A DNA stretch of 59,245 bases from a virus. Lineage: Duplodnaviria > Caudoviricetes. Made by a program: the position numbers and the translations under genes. The notes below the pieces were generated by a model that ran no database searches, was not told where the DNA came from, and worked only from the letters and a program-made list of their open reading frames with translations. Shown piece by piece: positions 18,201 through 30,200 of this stretch. The stretch is taken from IMG/VR virus record IMGVR_UViG_3300021093_000083, positions 1-59,245 of that record; one strand, 5' to 3'. Position 1 is the first letter of the stretch. Each line of letters begins with the position of its first letter.

Positions 18201-21200
18201 ATGCATAACATTCCATAAATTCGATAACTCAGGCGAATTGAAGTTTGAAAGTTATTTATTAATTCCAGAAGCTGAAAGAGGATCTGGCATAACACAAGGA
18301 ACATTTCAAATTACAGCTTCTAAATCATTCATCAAAAATAATGATTTATATCTACTTGTAGAAACTGTATATAGACAAATTTCTTCTACGTTAGTAAAAG
18401 ATTTAATCATTATTAAATATGATATTTCATCAGAGCAACCATTAAAACTATCAACTAGTGTTTTATTATCTAGTGGATCTTATGCAATATCTCCGATTGG
18501 AATTTTTGTAGAGGAGTTTGAAAATAGAGAAATTAATATTATTTCAAACATATTAAATCACCCAGGATCTGAAGATAAAGAATCTATTTTACTTCTAAAG
18601 GTAACGGAAGATCAACCAACAAACATCAATACTTTAAGTTTTACTTCAACAAACACATCAGTAAAACTAAACAATGCATTAACAAATTCAAATACCATAT
18701 TCTTATCAAATACTTTCTATGAAAATCAACCAGTGGTATATACATCATTCTTGCCTATTGGTGGATTAGAATCAAATACTGTTTATTATATAATTAACAA
18801 TGACAACGAGAAATTTAAATTGGCAAAAACTCCATCTGGAGCTCCAGTACAGTTAACTTCTTTGGGTGATAATTTATTGAATGCACATACCATTTCTCCT
18901 GTTCTTATTCCATCATATGATATTTCTCTGCAAAGAAGAATTTCTTTTGATAATGAATTATCTATAGATGATATTGCATACCAACAAATCAGTGTTTCTG
19001 CAAAATCTTTTGATGTAAATGAATCTAATTTTGTCATCTCATCCACATCTAATAACAAACCCTATTTAATTAAAATAAACAAATCTACTTTTAGTGTAGA
19101 TTTGATCAAAGAAGTATCTGGAATTACATCTTCACTGAATAAACATTTCATTAAATTCAATCAATTTAATGAAATATATTTTGCTTTCAACAAACAAATA
19201 GTTAGACTTGATATTAATGGAAACGTTATTAAACAAGTAACAATTCCATCTTATACATCAAATCATGAAGTATCTTCTTTATTCTTTGATTATTTTGATA
19301 ATGTAATTGTCATTTTAAATGATAACAGCGGAAATAACAGTAAAGTTGTTGTCAATTATTTTGATTATAAACTTGATTATTTGAAAACACAAACTATATC
19401 AGAATCCGATGTAAATATTTTAGTTTCATCTTCTGTTTTAGATTTATACAACAGTATATATTTTACTATCACAGAATCTACAAATAATTTCTATTCATAC
19501 ATTTATAGAACATACAAAGAACTTCAAAATAATACTTCAAACGATATTACGATGTCTAATTCGACATCATTAATCACTGAATCTAAACTTGACAATTTTA
19601 CAATTTCATTCACAGATAATTCTAATATCATCGGCCGTCAAGGAACACAATTTAGTAATTTCTCTATCACTGATATTAATATCTTTGACACTGATTGTCC
19701 TAAATCTTATCAACTATCTTCTACTTTTGCAGATATTTTTTCAGAAAAAGTATCTACTAAAGGATCAAAACCTGTATTTGATATTACTTTAAACAAAAAA
19801 TATTATATTGAAAAAGATGCTATCCAATTTATTTCACCAGTAGTAACTTACCAATTAAATAAAACTGTAAACTATCCTATAGGATCTACAGTTGTATTTA
19901 CGGATAATGAAATTCTATCAAATACTTATTCTGGTGTAATTTTAGATAAAGGAATACAAACCTTAACAGTTACAGAATTTTCTTCATCTAATCCAAGTCT
20001 CATACAAAATATTCTTGATAATTCAAATGTTAAACTTAAAAATGAAAATCCATTCTACAATTCTAAGATTAACAATACATTTGTAAATTCTGAAAAAATA
20101 GAAGCTAAATTACAAATTTCAAATATTACTGCAGATTCTGTATTTTTACCAGGCGATACTGTTGAATTTTTAACTCCTGCTACTGGAAATACATTTGTTT
20201 ACAGAGGAAAAGCAACAATACTTTTTTATAACGAAACAACAAATGTAATTTCATTTAAAAATGTATTTGATGATGGAATTTCAGAGTCTACACGAGTTAG
20301 AATTACTAAGACCATAGGTGGAGAGAATACAGTAACAGCTTTTGCTGAGTTCCTTTATGCTACTGACTGGGATTATGTTGATAAATTTGAATTTGAAATT
20401 CCATCAGAATATGAAGATGATTATATTTTTGAATCTGATAATATTACAAATGGATCTATAGTTTCCATAAAGGTTGTTAATTCTGGTACTGACTATACTG
20501 TTGCTCCTAGCGTAATCGTTCAAAATCAACCTGGAGTAAATGGTAGTGGTTTAATAGCAATAGCAATTCTAAATGCAAATGGAGGAGTTGATAGAATTCT
20601 AGTAGAAAATGGTGGTGCTAAATTTACTAAAACACCAAACATCATTCTTTTGGGTGGAGACGGACAGGGAGCCACAGCAAAAGTTACAAGAATGAGATTT
20701 GTTAGTGAAGTTTATACAATACAAGTAATAGACAGAGAACAGAATTTAGATTTAACAAGTTCTACATCTTATGATGATGTTGAACTAGGAGATGTTATTA
20801 CTCAAACTTCAACTTCTGCATCTGGAATTGTAGTTTCTAAAAATAGAGATCTTATAAGGGTTAAATTGTCAAATCAAAGTAGATTTGACACTTCCGCAGT
20901 TTCTATATCTGGAGTTAGAACAGAATCTACTTATTCTGCCACTAATGTTGGTATAACTTCGGTATCACCTTGCGTATTTTTCAGTGGTGAATCGACCACT
21001 ATGAAATCTGTATTAGATGAATATGATGGTAATTACGTAAATCAATTTTATCCACAATTAACTGTAAATTCTAATGATATTATTTCTATTTCCAGACTAT
21101 ATGGTGTAAGTAAGATAAACTTAATTACACGATTGTTTGAATATGTTTATCAAATATCTGGTGAAGATCTAGTACATGAAGATAAAATCTTCATTAAAAC

Positions 21201-24200
21201 TACGGATGACCATAACTTAAGAGAAAATTCTTTGGCATCTCTGATCCTTCCACCTACATACTCTCAGATTAATTTAGTAGATCAAATTCTTTCAGAAAAT
21301 GAATTTATCTTTAGACTATACAATATTGACTTAAATAATTTACCACATAATAAATTTAATTCTTCTACATCCGAACTATATTACAAAACTCCATCATTTA
21401 ATATGGTGTATGGACATTCCTATAGATTTGATGTATCAGATTTTAGCAATACTGGAACTTTATTGAATTTCTCTAGAGATGATAGTAATAGAGTTGTATA
21501 TACCTTTAATAATGTTGTAAGAAATAATATTGTCCCTGGTCAAGTTGGATCATTTGTTGATTTTGTGGTTGAATCTAACGCTGGACAACTATCATATTAT
21601 TTCAATGAAGCTAATTCTGATGGTAATAATTTTGTACTACCAGATTCTACTATATCCCTAAGAGAAACTCCCTATAATGGAACCTTTAGAGTCCATAGAG
21701 TACTGAATGATACTCAATTACTATACCCATTACCATACAAACCAGAATGTGATGCTTTTGTTTTATCTGGTAATGAAAATACTACAAAATATCTATCATA
21801 CTCAGAAACTTCTTCTGGATCTATATCGGAAATTTCTATATTTAATAATGGTGGATACTTTAAAGTTCTTCCAAGAGTATCTGAAATTTTATGCCCTAGA
21901 AAAATTGAAAAGATTGAAATTTTAAACGGAGGAACAGAGTACGAACCTGGAATTTATAGAGATGTTCCTATTTCTGGCGATGGTGTTGGTGGATTAGTTG
22001 ACATCACAGTTACTCCAGAAATAATAATAAATGATCTTGATGAAGAAATAATTACAGGTAGAATTACACAAGCAGTAGTTATAAACCCTGGTGAAAGATA
22101 TACTGAAGCCACTATTAACATTGTTGATATTCCAGGAATTCTTGGATCAGCTTCAAATGGATCTGGTGGACAACTACAAGTTGTTATCCCGCCACCTGGC
22201 ACTGGAAGTAGCGTTCTTCCATATAGCGAAAAGGTTGGAAGTATTAGAAAACTTTCTAATCTAAATGTTGGTTTTGACTATACTCATGATTATACTCTAA
22301 AACCACAAATTAAGTTTCCAATATCACTACAATTAGTAAATGCTAAAGTCATTTCAGAAATCTTAATTGATGATCCTGGATTTGGATACACATCTACTCC
22401 TATCATTCTTATTGAAGGTGGCGGTGGATCTGGTGCTGCAGCTGTTGCAACAGTTAAAAATAATAGAGTATCTGGCATTGAACTTGTTAGTGCAGGTTCT
22501 GGCTATTTCTCTGAACCAAATATTATCATTCAATCAAAAATTCCATATGTAGTTAATTTAGATCTTAATTTAATTCAGTTTAAAGTTCCTCATGGAATTC
22601 CTAATGCATCTACAATTAAGTTAAGAGCTGACGTAGTAGATGGAAATAATAACGTAATACTGCCAATTGTTAATTATCCTGGTGGTATGAATAATTTAAT
22701 AGATCCTGATAATAGTGTAACTGGAGCATACCAAACTACATTATCTTTATCTGCTATTGTAGGTGAAAGTAATGGATTACTTCCAAATCAACTTAGAATT
22801 GCTATTAATAAAAACGAAGCTCTATTAAACAACTATTTGAACTTTATTACTACTGGATCGCCAACCCAATTCTTATTAACAGAAGTTTTTGGAGCAAAAG
22901 CAAGATCGGTTCTAAAATCATCTCAGTTCTTAGGTAATGAAGTTATTAATCAACTCGAATCTCAAATTGTAAATGGTGTCGAACAAGAAGTAATTACATG
23001 TGTTTCAAAAGTTCTTCCCAATTCTGGTTGGATTTCTGGACCTAATATTTTAAGATTAAATGTTTTAGAGGGTGAATTTGGAATAGGCAAAAAAGTAGTA
23101 GGTTTATCCTCAGAGTCATCTGGTATTATTAACAAAATTATTTCTGCTAGTGGATTTGGTGAAATTGGATCTACATCTACAATCGATGGGAAGTTTTATG
23201 AAGAAACTGGTAAATTGAGTTCTATCTCTCAAAGATTGCAAAGTGAGTATTATCAAAATTTTGCATACCTTATAAAAACTACAACTCCATCAGAAGACTG
23301 GAGAAATCTTGTATTAGATAATTTACATCCAATTGGATTCTCATTATTCTCTGAATATTCATATGAAACTAATAGTTCTCTACCAAAACTTAAAGCATCA
23401 ACAGCATTTAGTAGAGATATTTCTGTTGACGCTGCTCAGAGAAGAGGATCTAGAATTTTTTCGCCAGGGTACGTCGAAGATGTTCTTAATCTAAATGAAG
23501 TTTCTGTAGTCGGTAAAAAACTTATTACGTCTGAAAATATTATCACATCGTTTGTAGAAAAGATTGTAAATATTTCTGATAACTTTGATGGAGCAACAAC
23601 TACTTTTGATCTACAAGTTAAAAGACTTATTACTAATCTAGATGGTAGTACTACAGAAGTCATAGATGCTGTTAGAAGCAATGAAAGATTCTTGATGATA
23701 TTCTTGAACAATACTCTACAATCTCCAGATTCTTATGTGTTCTCAAATGGACAAATTACATTTGATGAAGCTCCATCTGCTAGATTAGTATCAAAAAGTA
23801 GAAACGTTAAATTTACTAATCTATATCCACCAGTAGGAAAGTTTGTTCAAGATGAAAAGTTATACGTCGTAAGAGTAAAAGAATTTAATATTGATGGAAT
23901 AAATATCTGGCAACAGACAGTAATAATTCAATCTTCTACTAATCCAAATATTAAAATTGGAGATACTGTAAAACAAAGTGATATCAATGGAGTTATCACT
24001 GAAATCGGAGTTGTATTTGAAAATAGTATCTATACTGTAACTTTAGTTGTCGTATTCACTACAACTGATGAGACAATTATATCCCCTGAGAGGGATCTTA
24101 AAGTATTTTATAATAATGAAGATCTAATAGGAACAACTTTTGATGTTACTTATGTAAGTACAAATCAAATAGCTGATCTAAGACCATTTAAATTTGATAT

Positions 24201-27200
24201 CCTTGAGGGATCTGAAGTCGTTAATGATAAAGTTGATATCTTTTCATATCAAAATCTCGAACAAGAAAGAGAGTATTCTGTAAATATATCTGCATATAAA
24301 ATTAACGACAATCTAAATCAACTGTCGGAGGATGCTCGAATAATTATAAGATTATTTGATTTTGAGTTTAATCAATATAAAGTAGATGAAACTTCAAATT
24401 ACGTTACATTGTCTAATGATGAATTGGGACCTTTCATTCTATCAAGCAACGCAAGTACAATTTCTCCATCTGATAGTAAGACAGATTTAGCTTATGATGT
24501 AAATGAAACTAATCTGTCAATTAGATCAATTTTTACATTTGATAGTTTCTTAAACTATAATCAATCAACACCATCTTTAGTAGAATTAAATGTTGGCGAT
24601 GTTTTAACATCAACAGTTAGTAAAGGACTTGCAACTGTAGTTTCTGTGAATGAAGTTACAAAAGAAGTTGAAGTTTCTATAAAATCAAATATTAATAATC
24701 CATTCATTAATGAAAATGAAACGCTTCAATCTAGAACAACTCAAGGTGAAATTATAGAAGGCAATCTAACAAACTTTGTTTTCTTTACAACTCAAAATGC
24801 AAAATATAAAGTAACTAAGATTAGATTCAAGAGTGATGATGACAATACATTTACTGATGACAATACTCCTTTACCAGTAGTTCTTACAAATGATCTATTA
24901 ATTTCTAAAACTTACGGAACAGCTAATAATCAAGATTCCTCTTCTATTTTCCTTTCCTTAAATGATTTAGTGGTAGGTGAAAAGAGCAGAGCTTCATGCA
25001 AGATTACTGAAATAACTAGAATTAATAACATCAATGAAGTTGAAATTAGTCCAGGCACACTATTTACTGGATATATCTTTAACAGAGTTAATAATCCAGA
25101 TAATCCAAACGTATCATTAACTGATATATCAAAATCTTATATTGTTCCATTTAATAAATTAGAATCTTATGGAAGTTTATATTACAAAGAAATAGAATCT
25201 TCTAGACTTTTATTAGATGATTATCTCTATAATGAGTCTATTGGAGATAGATTCAAGTCAATTCAACTTGATGTTGAATATGGCAATTCTTATGAATTTA
25301 ATGTAAACGATACATTAGAAATAGTCAGAGTATCTGTTGATGTCGAAGAAGCAGGTAGTAGATTTAGAGATGGTAGCAATCTAATAAAAGCAAACCGTCA
25401 AGAAATTGTTGACCGTGCAGCAGCTGAAATTGCTATTCAGTTCCCTGATTTCTCCTATCCTGGTGATCCAATAACAACTGCTGTATCTAGATTTAAAGAT
25501 GCTTATCGTCTAATCCAACTAAACAGAACAGCAATTATTGATACTGCTTTTGCTGCAATTGCTCCTGCGTTCCCAACTTTTGTTATCAACGCAACAAATA
25601 CAGATAAGTGTAAGAGAGATATTGGTATCTTCGTCGATTCTATATCTCTAGACATCGCTCAAGCTGGAGGAAACGTATATACTCGTAAATTTGTTCTTTC
25701 ATATTTTAATAGCAACACTCCTATTACTAATGGTCTTGTAGGAGAAGAAGCACAATCAAATGTTGCCTTTAATGCGGCTTGTGAAGAAATGAAAAAAGCA
25801 GTCACAAACCAATTAGCAATTACAGATCTAACCATCACTCCTGGTGCTGCTACCTTTGGCGGCGGCGGTGGCACTATCCCCAACAATAGCGTAAATGCTT
25901 GTGCTGATGTTCGTTCTGCACTTGATAGTTTAACACTTATCGTAACAACTCGTATTGCTGCTGGTAATATAACTGGTCTTCCTGCTGAATCAGTATCAAC
26001 TACTGTTCCAGCTGGAGAAGCTAAGTGTAAGAGAGATATTGGAATTATTGTTGATGCTGTAGTAGAAGATTTATTTAGAGGATCTAATGTCAATATAATT
26101 GAATCTACAAATGCTTATTTCAATAACGGTACTCCTATTAGTAATGGATTAGTAAATGAAGAAGCACAATCTGTAGTTGCTTTCAACAAAGCTCGTGATG
26201 TAATGAAACTGGCAATTAATAACCAGTTATTTGTTAAAGATTTAACAATCCAAGGAGATTATCAGGTTAGTTTCTCGAATACAGACCCTGATGGTTGTGC
26301 TAATGTCAGAGCAATGATTGATACTCTAATATCAATTATTACAACTACAATTACAGCAGCTGATCCAGATCTGTTGCCAGATCCAAACCCAGGAAGAGCC
26401 TTTGTTGCCGGCGAATTAGTAACAATTTCTGATGGTACTACAACATATGAGTCAAATGTATTAAGTTCAGATAATGTAAATTATATTATCTCACTTGAAA
26501 ATATATATCAAAATGATCAAATAGTAATAAATACTGAATTATTAGATCTTACTGGATATACTGTTTCTACTAATAGAGGAGCTTCCAATATAGAAATTGT
26601 AGCTCCAGTAAAAGATCTTGATGTTACGAGAACAACTGTAAAATCAAGAACATATGATATTACAACTAAGTTTACTTTAAATAGTATAACTGGACTTTCT
26701 GTTGGACTAACAGCAACTCAAGGATCTATAGTAGGTAAAGTAGTAGACATTATTGCAAATGATATTTATATCAATCATGCTTCATATGACACTGAAAATC
26801 ATTATGTGACTGGAAATATAGTATTTAATACCATACCTGCAATTACTAAATCTGTTACTGCTAACCCAGCAAATAGAGAAACTATTTACTATATTTCTAC
26901 ATCAGAAATTGTCCCTCAAATTAATAAGTATCAACCTACTCCAGGCACCATTCATTCGTATACTCCTTGGAATGATCTTTATGATGTTCTTGATAATAAT
27001 AGATCATTTATTATTGATTATGTTTATGAGTTAATAATCACTGAATTTGCATACTTATCTAATAAGAATACAATAACCATTGGAAGTTGTAAAAATGATC
27101 TTGCGTTAGTGTTAAACGCAATTATAAATGATATTAAACTTGGTGGAAACTATAATACAGTTCTTGCAACTAGACTCTATTTTGATTCTAATAATGAAGT

Positions 27201-30200
27201 GAACTTCCTTAAAGGTGAAGTTGAAGAATCTATCTGGTCTTACTCAAGATTAAAAGATTTCATCAAACTATCTTCTAGAAATTTTGAAGTAGTACATACT
27301 TGCAACCTAGTTAATACTCAAAATTATATTGTCGTTTCAGATCCTACTGGAATTGTTAGAGGAATGCTAGTGACTACGGATCAATTTAACGTAGATATCT
27401 ACGTTAAGTATGTCAGTGGAAATAAGGTATATCTAATGACAGAATCTTTCACTGATTACATATTAGTTGGAAACTATTCTGCACAAGAGGTAACATTTAA
27501 TTTTGATAAGTTTAAAGTTAATCCTCAGTTTGTATCCGTTCTTTATAATGTTCCTATACAATATTCTTCAGATGTAACTAGTTCTACCATTTTAGATCAA
27601 AATATTTCAGACCTTGTTGATGTATTATTAAATGCAATAAATCCAGATTCACTAAGAGTCTATAAGGATGCTGTTATTGAATTATTAGAAACATATGAGG
27701 ATGTTATCGATGATGTATATAATGATCTTAAGGTACAGTTTGATAACTTAACTATTCCAAATGATAATCTAGACAAGTGTCAAAGAGACATGAAGGTTGT
27801 TTCTGAGTCTGTATTTGACGATTTGAAGTTTGGTGGTAATGTTAATACAATTAGAACATCAGAACTCTATGTTAATGGCGGTTCTCTTTCTCATGTGGAA
27901 ACTGAACTTATTGAAACCGCATATGCTTTCTTCAAGTTAGAAATATCTTATAAAGAAATTATTAACAATAGTACAAACTATACTACTCAAGAAAAGACTG
28001 ATATCCAAGAAAGAATTACAGAGTTGTTCCAATTATTGATTAGTAAGATTACGAATGATGCTACTGGAACTGTTCAGGATGCTGCTGCTCAAATTGCAAG
28101 AAATGAGAGGTTTATTGTTGATGAAGCTTTCTTAATTACACTAGATACACAACCAACGGCATTCTCTCAATCTGAAATAACTCAGTTGTATTCATATGCT
28201 TATTCAGTAGTCAAATCTACAATTAAAAATTTACTTTTAGGAAGCAATGAATATGTATTAGATGCATTAACTGCTTTAGGTGCAACTTCTTCTTTCTATA
28301 GTAATTCATCTAAAAAATCTTTTGTTCAAAACTTCTTCACTAGAGTTATAAGTTTATCAAAACTATCAACGATTAATTTCTATATTAACGCTGCAGAGGA
28401 TCAATATGTGGTCCAAGAAAGTGTTCTTACATACAAAACAGACCTTACCATCTCAGTTGACCCTGCAGGATGGTCCTACTGTCAATCAGTACACAATACA
28501 TTAGATACTTTTGGTATTATAATCAATAATTATTGGACCAATCTATCTTTACCAGATGTGAGCATTGTTGAATTTACATATTTCCCTAAGAGATTGTATC
28601 CTGAAAATTACGTACAACGTCCTATAACCAGCTCTATTTCTGAAAATGATCTATGCATCTTAAAATCATCTACTTTAACTAAGACTGCTTTTGTAAATGC
28701 AATTGATTCTGGAATAACTAAAATTTATGATCTACAAAAACGATTTGATCTTGATGATGAAGATGGTACTATTGAAAAATCTAATCTTGTTGGTAGCTTT
28801 GTAAATACATCAATCTCAGTAACATTAAAAGATATAAATGATAATGGATCAGTAAATGTTTCTATTACTGGAAATGGATCTAATATTTCTGTTGGTCAAA
28901 CTTTCACTCAAGATAATGGTTTCTCTTCAATAATCGAATCGATTTATAACGTATACATTCTTAAGAATGTATACGGAAATTTCTATAAAAATAACTATAT
29001 CTTTGGAATAGATTCTGGTTCAACATCAAATTCTTATATTAGTTCATTTGAAAGAAATACAGCCGTTATAGAAAAATCAATTGGAGATAGACTGATCTTT
29101 GATAGTACATCTGTAGTAGGATCATTTACTTTATATGATTATGTTTATGTAAAAGATACTACATACGAATCTAATGTTGTTTACACTTATCAAGGATTTA
29201 ATGGTCAAAGAACTCAATTCCCTCTAATTGTAATATCTCCAACAGGAGACATTCAAGATTACTACCCATCAGTGGAAGATTCTCCAATAATTGTATCCAT
29301 TAATGGAGTCATTCAAGAATTTGATAATGACTATACAACGTCATCTAATTTTATAACTTTTGATAATCCTCCAACTAAGGACGATGAATGTCTAGCTGTT
29401 TACTATGGTAAGTGGAGAAAGATTGACAACATCTCTCCACAGTTTGATGGAATCACTCAAAGTTTTGGTATGGAAATCGGAGGATTGCCATTTGCTATTT
29501 CAGTTTTTGGTAATGCAACAAATATTATTGTCGATAGAAACTGTTTATTTACAGTAAACGGAGTAGTTCAAGTTCCTCAAGAAGGATTTACTGTAGATGG
29601 TTCTAGAATTAGATTTTCTTCTGCTCCAAAACCAGGATCCAGTTTTGTTGGTTATGTATATGTCGGTTCGGCTATTGACGTTGACTCTATTGAAGTTATT
29701 CCTCAAATTGAACCAACTGATATTATTAGATTAAATAAAGAGGATACAAATAGGATTGTTGCGACAGTCGATAGCTTATCTTCAGTTACAACATTTGAAT
29801 ACCCTGGAGAGAAGATTGGAAGAATTGCAGCTGGAACTGCAACTATAAGAACAGGCAAGATAATTGGAGCCTCTTTGACATCAGGTGGTTCTGGTTATAT
29901 TAGAAGACCAAAAATTAAAATCAATTCATCCAGTGGTGATGAAGCGAAATTGACAGCTCAACTTGGCGTATCAAATGTAGAAGTCATTAACGCTGGGTCT
30001 GGATATCTAAAACCATCTGTACAAGTAATTTCAACTACTGGAACTGGATTTACTGGAGAAATTTTATTTGAACCAGATTCAAATAATACTCAGAGGATCT
30101 CAGTTATTAAGATTATTAATAGTGGATTTGGATATTCATCAACAGATGAAGTTTCTATATCTAATGTTGGAAATCCAGAAATCCCAGTAGAATTTAAAGT

